DNA from: Candidatus Nanogingivalaceae bacterium
GTDB lineage: Bacteria; Patescibacteriota; Saccharimonadia; Saccharimonadales; Saccharimonadaceae
NCBI GenBank assembly: GCA_015257795.3
Contig: CP072208.2
Location: forward strand, 270,001-302,000
Direction of reading: 5' to 3'
DNA length: 32,000 nucleotides
Both the position numbers and the translations under genes were made by a program. A model generated the notes under the pieces. It was not told the DNA's origin, ran no database searches, and saw only the letters and a list, made by a program, of their open reading frames with translations. The number at the start of each line of letters is the position of its first letter. The first letter of the stretch is position 1. Positions 14,311-21,676 of the stretch are shown one piece after another.

Positions 14311-15559
14311 CTCTTTGTGTTTCAAAATCCTTTGCGCGTTCTTCACCATAGTATTCATTTAAAAATTGGCGCTTATATTCAAAAAACGTGTCATTTTCGA
14401 GGCTTTCACGAATTTTATCAACAGTGTTAATTACGAAAAATTCATTATGAATTGAGGCAAGCGTGCTGGCAAGAATTTCGTCTGCGCGGAAAAGATGATT
14501 TATATAAGCTTTTGTGAAATTTTGACAAGTATAGCACTCACATCGTGGATTAATTGGTGTAAAATCTTCTTTAAATTTAGCATTTTTAATATTAATTCGC
14601 CCAGAATAAGTGAAAATTGCACCATTTCGTGCTTGGCGAGTTGGCGCTACACAATCGAAAGTATCGATACCAAATTCTACGCCCAAAAAGAGATCGGCAG
14701 GTTGCGCGCCCATTCCTAACAAATGTCGCGGTTTTTCTTCGGGCAAGGTTGTGTTTACCCAAGTTAGAACTTCGGGAATTTCTTCAGGTTGAAAAATTCC
14801 ACCAATTCCAAAGCCATCAAAATCTCTCGAACCCAAAAAACTTGCACTTTCTTTTCGAAAATCTTCTTCTCGAGCACCTTGAACAACCGCAAATAATGCT
14901 TGCAAATTTTCGCCTTTTTCGAAGTGCTCAGTATTTAATTCGTTATGGCGTTTTAAGCATTTTTCAGCCCAAAAATGAGTTTTATCGAGCGCAGATTTAA
15001 TTTGTTTTCGGCCTGCAAGTGGCGAGGTTAATTCGTCGAAAGCCATGTGAATATCCGCACCAATTTTGTGCTGGAGTTCCATAGAAATTTCGGGTGACAT
15101 AAAAATTCTCTCACCTGAAATATGTGATTTGAACCAAACTCCATCTTCACCAACTTTTGCGAGCTGGTTTGAATTGTTTTTTGCAAGCGAAGAATCGCCT
15201 TTCGAAATATGTGAAGTAGCATCAATCCCCTTTTTGTAAGCCATTCCAAGTGAAAAAACTTGAAAACCGCCCGAGTCGGTAAAGGTTGGTGCGCTCCAAT
15301 TCATGAACTTATGGATTCCGCCAGCCTTTTGAAGGATATCTGCACCAGGTCGAAGCATTAAGTGGTAAGTGTTAGCAAGAACAGCTTGGGCGCCAGTTGA
15401 AAGAATTTGCTCAGGCGTCATCGCTTTTACGGTTGCATTTGTTCCGCCGGCGATATAGGCGGGAGTTTTAATTTCTCCGTGCGGTGTTTTAATCACGCCG
15501 GTACGGGCTAATGTTCCGTTTAAGCGGGTTTTAATTTCGAAGTTTAAAGCTTTTTTCAT
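14288..15559 (-). CDS. tgt: queuine/preQ1 tRNA-ribosyltransferase (tRNA-guanine transglycosylase), 423 aa
   Basis: Motifs TPHGEIKTPAY, LANTYHL, TDSGGFQVFSL, GIGG, LLGMG and the zinc site CECYTC....H. Confidence 0.9.
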   Translation of the reverse strand: MKKALNFEIKTRLNGTLARTGVIKTPHGEIKTPAYIAGGTNATVKAMTPEQILSTGAQAVLANTYHLMLRPGADILQKAGGIHKFMNWSAPTFTDSGGFQVFSLGMAYKKGIDATSHISKGDSSLAKNNSNQLAKVGEDGVWFKSHISGERIFMSPEISMELQHKIGADIHMAFDELTSPLAGRKQIKSALDKTHFWAEKCLKRHNELNTEHFEKGENLQALFAVVQGAREEDFRKESASFLGSRDFDGFGIGGIFQPEEIPEVLTWVNTTLPEEKPRHLLGMGAQPADLFLGVEFGIDTFDCVAPTRQARNGAIFTYSGRINIKNAKFKEDFTPINPRCECYTCQNFTKAYINHLFRADEILASTLASIHNEFFVINTVDKIRESLENDTFFEYKRQFLNEYYGEERAKDFETQRDEDSLQN

Positions 15560-15566
15560 CTGTAAA

Positions 15567-15595
15567 ATTATACCATATAGTTATTTTTTTTACAA
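15567..15595 (-). promoter_or_regulatory. promoter of tgt, leaderless layout
   Basis: Minus strand TTGTAA (15595..15590), 17 nt spacer, TATAAT (15572..15567), then 7 nt to the ATG at 15559. No SD. Confidence 0.5.
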
Positions 15596-15597
15596 TT

Positions 15598-15625
15598 TAA
15601 AAACCGCCCCGAAGAGCGATTTTTA
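15598..15625 (-). terminator. rho-independent terminator after rplK
   Basis: Minus strand AAAAUCGCUC-UUCG-GGGCGGUUUUU (UUCG tetraloop, two G-U pairs). Confidence 0.6.
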
Positions 15626-15632
15626 TAATATA

Positions 15633-16058
15633 TTATTCGGCAATTTCAACACCCATTGAGCGTGCTGTTCCGGCGATAGTTTTCATAGCGCCTTCGATTG
15701 AAACTGCATTTAGGTGATCCATTTTAGCTTCAGCAATTTCTTGCAATTGAGCTTTTGTAATTTTACCAACTTTGTCAGTTTTTGAATTTCCTGCACCTTT
15801 TTGGATTCCTGCTCGTTCACGAATCATATCGTCAACTGGTTGACCAAGTGATTTCCAAGTGAATGTTCGATCTTCGAAAACTTGAAGGTGAACAATTACA
15901 TCTTTACCCATCATGTCTTTAGTTGCTTCATTGAATGGGTTGATGAAATCCATCATGTTTAGTCCCCATTGACCAAGCGTTGAACCAACTGGAGGACCTG
16001 CTGTTGCACGGCCAGCTGGGATTCGAAGTTTCAAATTTCCAATAACTTTCTTTGCCAT
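15633..16058 (-). CDS. rplK: 50S ribosomal protein L11, 141 aa
   Basis: MAKKVIGNLKLRIPAGRATAGPPVGSTLGQWGLNMMDF...KSLGQP is a canonical L11 sequence. Confidence 0.95.
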   Translation of the reverse strand: MAKKVIGNLKLRIPAGRATAGPPVGSTLGQWGLNMMDFINPFNEATKDMMGKDVIVHLQVFEDRTFTWKSLGQPVDDMIRERAGIQKGAGNSKTDKVGKITKAQLQEIAEAKMDHLNAVSIEGAMKTIAGTARSMGVEIAE

Positions 16059-16161
16059 ATTTTCCCTTTAAATAATTTTATACTTGATAATTCAAGTGCG
16101 TAACATATCAATATTACCATAAAATTTTTAAAATTTCAATAGTTATTTTAAATATAACCTA

Positions 16162-16193
16162 TTGACTTATTTTTAAAAATGTTGTATTATAAT
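16162..16193 (+). promoter_or_regulatory. promoter of the 16261..16773 gene
   Basis: TTGACT (16162..16167), 17 nt spacer, TATTAT (16185..16190), overlapping TATAAT (16188..16193). Confidence 0.5.
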
Positions 16194-16260
16194 ATATGCG
16201 ATTAATTCGCATAGCCTTTCGTTTTTCGAAAGAGCACATTAAAAATTTGGAGGTAAAAGA

Positions 16261-16773
16261 ATGTTAAAATTCACAAAAAACTTTAATTCAAACGGGGTGG
16301 AATATTGGCGTGAGTATAACAGCGTATTTTCAAGTGAAAATATTCTTTTTGTGCCAATTGATGCGATTGGGCTAAATCCGCAATTAGGTAGTCTACCAAG
16401 ACACCTTTTCCGAAACTTAGGGTTAAAGATCTTAAAGATTTCCTGGAAAGATGGCGCTAAAACATTGAGAGTTGAAAATATTGAAAAAATCATGCCCGTA
16501 CACGGTTGTAAACGTGCATCGATTGCGCAAGGTTTAGATAATGTCACTGTTCAATCTGCGATCGAACGCGCTATTGCGAATTTGTTTTTCACGATCGCAA
16601 AAGATCCTAAGGGTGATTTTTTCCATTCGAGTGGTCAATTTTTCCATAAAGTTAAAATGAATAAAGACTTTTTCGTTTCCGAGAACGATTCAGCCATTGC
16701 ACATAACGTAGTAGAGATTGTGCGCGGTCGCGAACATTCTTCTGTGAAAAACATAGATCTAATTAAAGTTTAA
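16261..16773 (+). CDS. hypothetical cytoplasmic protein, 170 aa
   Basis: GGAGG RBS 7 nt before the ATG, with its own promoter and a GC-rich terminator. I recognise no family. The antisense ORF 16239..16547 is a shadow. Confidence 0.6.
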   Translation: MLKFTKNFNSNGVEYWREYNSVFSSENILFVPIDAIGLNPQLGSLPRHLFRNLGLKILKISWKDGAKTLRVENIEKIMPVHGCKRASIAQGLDNVTVQSAIERAIANLFFTIAKDPKGDFFHSSGQFFHKVKMNKDFFVSENDSAIAHNVVEIVRGREHSSVKNIDLIKV

Positions 16774-16782
16774 CCTCCATTT

Positions 16783-16805
16783 CCCCGGTTTCGCGCCGGG
16801 GTTTT
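16783..16805 (+). terminator. rho-independent terminator
   Basis: CCCCGG, 7 nt loop, CCGGGG followed by TTTT. Confidence 0.7.
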
Positions 16806-16808
16806 AAT

Positions 16809-16837
16809 TTGAAATGAAATTATTTTTTTGTTATAAT
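16809..16837 (+). promoter_or_regulatory. promoter of the secreted beta-helix protein gene
   Basis: TTGAAA (16809..16814), 17 nt spacer, TATAAT (16832..16837), with TGT extended -10. Confidence 0.55.
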
Positions 16838-16871
16838 AGATATTTGTTAAACATAAGAAGAAAGGAAAAAA

Positions 16872-18815
16872 ATGAGTATATCTAAAAGAAATGCTTTTTT
16901 AGTTACTAGTATGGCTCTAGGTCTATCTGTGACGTCTACTCCTTTAGTTCATGCTGAAACAGCAGCTCAGTATGCAAACAAATATGGAGCAAACACTAAC
17001 TATTCTCGATATGAGAGCGTTGATGGGGTTTTGAATAACGCAGAAATTATAAGTAGTCGAAAATTCGATGATCTTGCAAATGAAGCTTCTGGCAACTCTT
17101 ATGTTAATGTCAAGCCTGGTGGAAGTGTAACTTTTACTGCTAAATCTGGAGCTGACGCTTTAAGTTTAAGATTTTCGATTCCTGATGGAAAAATGGGAAA
17201 AGCTACAGCTTTAATCAATAATGATGATGAAAAAGCTAAGACTTTTGACCTTGATTCAAAGTATGGTTGGCAATATATCGACGGGGATGTTGCATATAAT
17301 GAAAATGCAAAAAATCGTCATGCACGATTTGGCTTTGATGAAGTTCATGGTTTCTTCGGTAATCATGTAAATAAGGATGATAAAATTACTATTAAAAACG
17401 ATAGCAATGAAAACCTTGGTTTAGATTTTATTGAATTAGAAAATGTTGAAGCGCCTAGAAAACAGCCTGAAAATAGCATTTCTCTAGAAGAATACAAGAT
17501 AAAACCTGGTGATGATATTACCGAAAAGCTAAAAAGTGCCATCACTGACGCTAAAAAGCAAAAAAAGGTACTTTATATTCCTGAAGGATATTATAATATT
17601 AGCGAGAAAATTGGTATAGAGGCGCCAGAAGGACTAGAGATTACCGGAGCTGGAATTTGGTATACACAACTACACTTTACTAGTTCTGCTAAAGGTGGTG
17701 GCGGTTTTGATGCGGGAAACAATTCAAACAATCTCAATATCAACAATTTCTACCTTTCATCTGAATTAATTTCTCGTCGTGATGATACACTAGACAAAGC
17801 TCAATATAAAGCTTTTGCTGGAAACTTCGGAGGAAATTCGAAACTTTCAAATCTATGGATTGAGCATTTTGAATGTGGTGCTTGGATTGGTGACTACGAA
17901 GATAGTAAAACAATGAAATACACTAAAAACCTCATCATTGAAAACAACCGTATTCGAAACAATCTTGCAGATGGTGTTAACTTAGTTCAAGGAACAAAAA
18001 ATAGTATTGTTCGAAACAACAATTTTAGAGGAAATGGTGATGATTCTGTAGCTTCTTGGGCAACAAAAGATAATGATTCTGAAAATACAGAAAACAACAC
18101 TTTTGAGCATAACACCATTGAGCTTGGTTGGCGAGCTGGTGGAATTGGTATTTTTGGCGGAAATGGCCACAAAATCCTAAATAATCACATCAAAGACAAT
18201 CGCGGCGGTGCTGGAATTCGAGTTTCAACAGTATTTGCAGGTTACGGTTTCGGAGACAACACCCTAGGAACGTTAATTAAAGACAACTGGATTGAAAATT
18301 CTGGAACATCTAACGATTTCTATGGCAACTCACGAGGTAGTCTAGACTTCGAAAAGAAATACGGTGATCTTTCGAATATCAAGGTTGAAAATACAACGCT
18401 CGTAAATCAAGCTATGCAAGATATGAGTAAAAACTTCGATCTTGATGGTAAGGTTGATATCTCAAATACTATTCACAAGAATCCAGATGAGAATAACCGA
18501 AATATTATCTTTAATATTAACCAAGTTACAAATAAGAGCATTTCGGTGAACGAAGACTTTAGCTTGTATTACTATAATGGTGAAACGACAGCTAATGGAA
18601 TTTCAACTCGTTTATGGTTGCCAAAATCTGCGAATATTAATATCACCCCAGAGATGACGCATTCATATAACAATGATAAAAAGAAAGTTTATAACTTTGC
18701 TAATGGTGATATTCCAAGTTTCCTTCCCGAATCAACTAATTTCTTGAAAGATTATAATTATTTGGGTGAGCAAGAATATAAAGGAAACGTGATTCGTTTT
18801 TGGCAAGCTAAATAA
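16872..18815 (+). CDS. secreted right-handed beta-helix glycoside-hydrolase-like protein with N-terminal beta-sandwich (architecture like GH87 alpha-1,3-glucanase/mycodextranase, tentative), 647 aa
   Basis: Sec signal peptide (MSISKRNAFLVTSMALGLSVTSTPLVHA|ETA). A CBM-like domain of about 170 aa ending LGLDFIELEN. Then parallel beta-helix coils (NNRIRNNLADGVNL, NSIVRNNNFRGNGDDSVA, NTFEHNTIELGWRAGGIGIFGG, HKILNNHIKDNRGGAGIRV, IKDNWIENSG). Confidence 0.7.
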   Translation: MSISKRNAFLVTSMALGLSVTSTPLVHAETAAQYANKYGANTNYSRYESVDGVLNNAEIISSRKFDDLANEASGNSYVNVKPGGSVTFTAKSGADALSLRFSIPDGKMGKATALINNDDEKAKTFDLDSKYGWQYIDGDVAYNENAKNRHARFGFDEVHGFFGNHVNKDDKITIKNDSNENLGLDFIELENVEAPRKQPENSISLEEYKIKPGDDITEKLKSAITDAKKQKKVLYIPEGYYNISEKIGIEAPEGLEITGAGIWYTQLHFTSSAKGGGGFDAGNNSNNLNINNFYLSSELISRRDDTLDKAQYKAFAGNFGGNSKLSNLWIEHFECGAWIGDYEDSKTMKYTKNLIIENNRIRNNLADGVNLVQGTKNSIVRNNNFRGNGDDSVASWATKDNDSENTENNTFEHNTIELGWRAGGIGIFGGNGHKILNNHIKDNRGGAGIRVSTVFAGYGFGDNTLGTLIKDNWIENSGTSNDFYGNSRGSLDFEKKYGDLSNIKVENTTLVNQAMQDMSKNFDLDGKVDISNTIHKNPDENNRNIIFNINQVTNKSISVNEDFSLYYYNGETTANGISTRLWLPKSANINITPEMTHSYNNDKKKVYNFANGDIPSFLPESTNFLKDYNYLGEQEYKGNVIRFWQAK

Positions 18816-18820
18816 AAGCC

Positions 18821-18854
18821 AAAAAAAAGACAGTTCGAACGAGCTGTCTTTTTG
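18821..18854 (+). terminator. rho-independent terminator
   Basis: AGACAGTTC-GAAC-GAGCTGTCT (9-bp stem), an A-run on the 5' side and TTTT on the 3' side. Confidence 0.75.
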
Positions 18855-18894
18855 TATATTCACCCGTTCTCCACTAGAATAGACTTAAAGAGTG

Positions 18895-18923
18895 TTGACT
18901 CAGCATTGAAGGCATGTTATACT
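18895..18923 (+). promoter_or_regulatory. orphan consensus-like promoter with no protein gene downstream
   Basis: TTGACT (18895..18900), 17 nt spacer, TATACT (18918..18923), with TGT extended -10. Confidence 0.45.
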
Positions 18924-18929
18924 GAAATA

Positions 18930-19120
18930 GTTGTTCTTTTTTAGAACAGCATAGTTCTTTATACTATACTTATTGCATTTATTTTTCAGAAAATCGATAA
19001 GATAAAAAATCATCTAAATACTGGTCATATCTAGATGATTCGGATGCGATAGGCGTAGTAAGGTTTTATATTATGTTTAACGACGCTTTTTGTAATATTT
19101 CTTGCGTCGTTTTCTTTTTG
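18930..19120 (+). ncRNA. candidate small RNA of about 190 nt (promoter-to-terminator unit), unknown family
   Basis: It lies downstream of the 18895..18923 promoter. Internal hairpins are GTTGTTCT/AGAACAGC and a 9-bp AATCATCTA/TAGATGATT stem. It ends at AACGACGC, 17 nt loop, GCGTCGTT followed by TTCTTTTTG. There is no convincing ORF. Confidence 0.3.
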
Positions 19121-19167
19121 TCTTATTTTTTGGCTTTTGTTTTCAATATTTTTTATAAAAACTAAAC

Positions 19168-19200
19168 AATAAAAAAGCGAGTCAGATAAACTGGCTCGCT
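19168..19200 (-). terminator. rho-independent terminator after nusG
   Basis: Minus strand AGCGAG, 13 nt loop, CTCGCT followed by TTTTTTATTGTTT. Confidence 0.65.
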
Positions 19201-19272
19201 AAATATTAAACGAAATAACTAAACTGTTATGCGTTATGTTAGTCAATAACCATCTTTTTTGTTTGATAGAAA

Positions 19273-19815
19273 TTAGATTTTTTCGATTTGAAGAATATCA
19301 AGCTCAACTGGTGTTTCGCGACCAAACATTGAAACCATCACTTTAATCTTACCTTTTACGGCATCAATTTCAGAAACTGCACCTTCAAAACCTTTGAAAG
19401 GTCCGTCAATAATGTTAACGATTTCACCCTCAGAGAAGTTAATATCAAACATTGGCTCTTCAGCGCCCATTCGGCGGCGAATTTCGCGCATTTCTTTTTC
19501 TGAAACTGGTGTTGGTGAATCCGAGCCGATAAATCCAGTCACACCTGGCGTATTTCGAACTACAAACCAAGTTTCTTCGGTAAGTTTCATTTCAACCAAA
19601 ACGTAGCTTTGCAAGATTTTTCGTTCAACAACTTTACGTTTACCGTTTTTTACTTCAATTTGCTTCTCTTTTGGTACGAGCGTATCAAAAATTTTATCTG
19701 CCATATCCACACCTTGAATTCGTTGGCGAAGATTTTCAGCAACTTTATCTTCATATCCCGCTAGGGTTGTAATTGCATACCAGTTTCGGGAATCATCATA
19801 TCGTTTTTGTGCCAT
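19273..19815 (-). CDS. nusG: transcription termination/antitermination factor NusG, 180 aa
   Basis: WYAITTLAGYEDKV NGN domain and a C-terminal KOW motif (GEIVNIIDGPFKGFEGAVSEID..KGKIKVMVSMFGRETPVEL). Confidence 0.95.
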   Translation of the reverse strand: MAQKRYDDSRNWYAITTLAGYEDKVAENLRQRIQGVDMADKIFDTLVPKEKQIEVKNGKRKVVERKILQSYVLVEMKLTEETWFVVRNTPGVTGFIGSDSPTPVSEKEMREIRRRMGAEEPMFDINFSEGEIVNIIDGPFKGFEGAVSEIDAVKGKIKVMVSMFGRETPVELDILQIEKI

Positions 19816-19831
19816 AATTACCTTTCTAAAA

Positions 19832-20215
19832 TTATTTGATTAATGCTTTAAAGATCCAGTTAAATAGTCCGTCGAGCAACAAGATTAAAACTGAAAAAGC
19901 AACCGAGAAAGCAATAACTGCGCCAGTCATCTTCCAGGTTTCTTTACGAGTTGGCCAGCGAACAAGTTTTAATTCTTTCCAAGAAGCTGCAAGATATTTT
20001 GCAAGCGCAACAAAAGGAAAACCGATAAATTTGAATGGTTTCGCTAAAACACGCAATAATTTTGGTGCGGGTTTTTTTGCTTTTTTCTTCGTATTAACGC
20101 CTGAAACCTTTGCGGCGTATTTACTCATTTTAGGTTCTTTCGAAACTTCTTTTACAGGCTTCGAATCTGTATCTTTCGCTTTAACGCGAGTGACTTTGGT
20201 CTCTTTTTTAGCCAT
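19832..20215 (-). CDS. secE: preprotein translocase subunit SecE with a Lys-rich N-terminal extension, 127 aa
   Basis: C-terminal ELKLVRWPTRKETWKMTGAVIAFSVAFSVLILLLDGLF is the canonical SecE TM segment. It is immediately upstream of nusG. Confidence 0.85.
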   Translation of the reverse strand: MAKKETKVTRVKAKDTDSKPVKEVSKEPKMSKYAAKVSGVNTKKKAKKPAPKLLRVLAKPFKFIGFPFVALAKYLAASWKELKLVRWPTRKETWKMTGAVIAFSVAFSVLILLLDGLFNWIFKALIK

Positions 20216-20230
20216 TTTTCTCCTATTCCA

Positions 20231-20253
20231 AAATTAAAAAGCCTATTAGGCTT
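20231..20253 (-). terminator. terminator after the histidine kinase gene
   Basis: Minus strand AAGCCT-AAT-AGGCTT followed by TTTAATTTT. Confidence 0.5.
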
Positions 20254-20306
20254 GATATGTCAAGTATAGCACACTTTTTTTAAAAAAGCAAAAATAATAC
20301 AAAGAA

Positions 20307-21608
20307 TTACTTTGAGGCTTTAGGTAGCTCAAAAAAGAATCTTGAGCCGTGATTTAACTTGCTTTCAACTTGAATTTTTGTGCCTATTTTTGCGGCTAAT
20401 TTTGAAGAAACATAAAGGCCAAGGCCGGTTCCACCAGTCTCACGCGTACGCCAATCTTCACTGCGATAAAATTTTTCGAAAATTCGTTTCTGATCGCTTG
20501 AACTTATGCCAATCCCAGTATCTTTAATTTCGAAAATAACACCTTTTGGTGAGTTTCTAAAACAAATCTCGACGGAACCCTCACGAGTATACTTTAAAGA
20601 GTTTGTAATGAAATTTTGTAATAATTCTTCAAGGTAAAGCTTGCTTGTTTTTACGCTATTTAATTTATTGTCAAGGTTTAAGTTTAGTGACAATCCTTTT
20701 TCAGCGGCTGATTTATGATACTTATTAAATAAAGACTCTGCAAGTTCTTGTGGATGGATAATTTCGGTTTGGTGGTTAATTCCTCTTTCAACTTTCGAAA
20801 GCGCAGAAAGGTCGTTTACCATTGTTGCAAGAAATGTATTTTGCTTGTAGGCTGTTTCAGCTGTTGTTTCAAGAAGTTTTGAAGGTGCTTTTTTCTGAAT
20901 TAGTAAACGAAGATTACTTAAAGAACCCTCTAAAATTGCCACCGGGGTTCGAAGTTCATGACTAACTACACTAATAAACTCATCTCGCTCTTCGTCGAGA
21001 GTCTTTTGTTTTGTGATGTCGCGCAAAATTACAACAAATTTTTTTGAACGTTCACGATTTTTTTTGCCTGAAGATTCGCGGATTCGAATAATCTCGATTT
21101 CAATTCGTAGCTTTTCGTCATCTTTCGAAAGAATTAAGTCGTTGGTTGAAAAATATGGTTTTCCGATTCGAAAAATTTCTTGCATATCAAAGATTTCAGT
21201 ATTGATTTTTGAGAGTTTGCATATTTTCGAAAGATTTTTGCCAACAATTTGTTTATCTTCATCTAATAAATCAAGAGTTGCAGAGTTATAAAGTTCAACT
21301 CTTCCGCGCGAGTCAACACTCAAAACAGCGTCAGTTAAGCTGTTGATGATTGTAAGAAGTCGGTTTCGTGTATCTTCACTTTTTTTGTGAGTTTTAAACA
21401 TTTTTGTTTGTATTTGTCGTTGTCGAATTCCGAAAATTATAAAAGCCAGATTTAACGCAAAAATTGTAAAAAGTATAGATATGAATTCATTAATTTGAAC
21501 TGAAGAGGTGATAAAAATAATTATAATCTCAGACAAAGCAATGCTAACCCCAAGGGCTATTTTGATAAAAACTTCATCTTTAGGACTAAAATTATGCTTA
21601 TTATCCAT
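20307..21608 (-). CDS. sensor histidine kinase (2 TM, PAS, HisKA, HATPase_c), 433 aa
   Basis: H-box SHELRTPV, N-box LLQNFITNSLKYT, G-boxes DTGIGI and GGTGLGLYV, and a PAS-like LLTIINSLTDAVLSVDSRGRV. I prefer the ATG at 21608 over the TTG at 21644. Confidence 0.85.
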   Translation of the reverse strand: MDNKHNFSPKDEVFIKIALGVSIALSEIIIIFITSSVQINEFISILFTIFALNLAFIIFGIRQRQIQTKMFKTHKKSEDTRNRLLTIINSLTDAVLSVDSRGRVELYNSATLDLLDEDKQIVGKNLSKICKLSKINTEIFDMQEIFRIGKPYFSTNDLILSKDDEKLRIEIEIIRIRESSGKKNRERSKKFVVILRDITKQKTLDEERDEFISVVSHELRTPVAILEGSLSNLRLLIQKKAPSKLLETTAETAYKQNTFLATMVNDLSALSKVERGINHQTEIIHPQELAESLFNKYHKSAAEKGLSLNLNLDNKLNSVKTSKLYLEELLQNFITNSLKYTREGSVEICFRNSPKGVIFEIKDTGIGISSSDQKRIFEKFYRSEDWRTRETGGTGLGLYVSSKLAAKIGTKIQVESKLNHGSRFFFELPKASK

Positions 21609-21615
21609 AAGCAAT

Positions 21616-21644
21616 ATTATACGCTGAAAGAGTCGAAAAAGCAA
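21616..21644 (-). promoter_or_regulatory. promoter of the histidine kinase gene, leaderless layout
   Basis: Minus strand TTGCTT (21644..21639), 17 nt spacer, TATAAT (21621..21616), then 7 nt to the ATG at 21608. Confidence 0.45.
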
Positions 21645-21647
21645 TTT

Positions 21648-21672
21648 AAAACCGCAAAGAATCTGCGGTTTT
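21648..21672 (-). terminator. rho-independent terminator after dnaB
   Basis: AAAACCGCA, 7 nt loop, TGCGGTTTT, symmetric (works on both strands). Confidence 0.6.
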
Positions 21673-21676
21673 AAAA

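Noticed and set aside
16239-16547. Minus-strand 102-aa ORF overlapping the 16261..16773 gene
   Set aside because: The plus-strand gene has a GGAGG RBS, a promoter and a terminator. The minus-strand ORF has none of these and would run into the rplK promoter region.
19073-19165. A 30-codon hydrophobic ORF (MFNDAFCNISCVVFFLSYFLAFVFNIFYKN) as a type I toxin gene
   Set aside because: It has only a weak AAGG upstream. The plus-strand terminator hairpin (about 19080..19120) lies inside the ORF, so the mRNA would end before the stop codon. It is reported only as an alternative within the sRNA finding.
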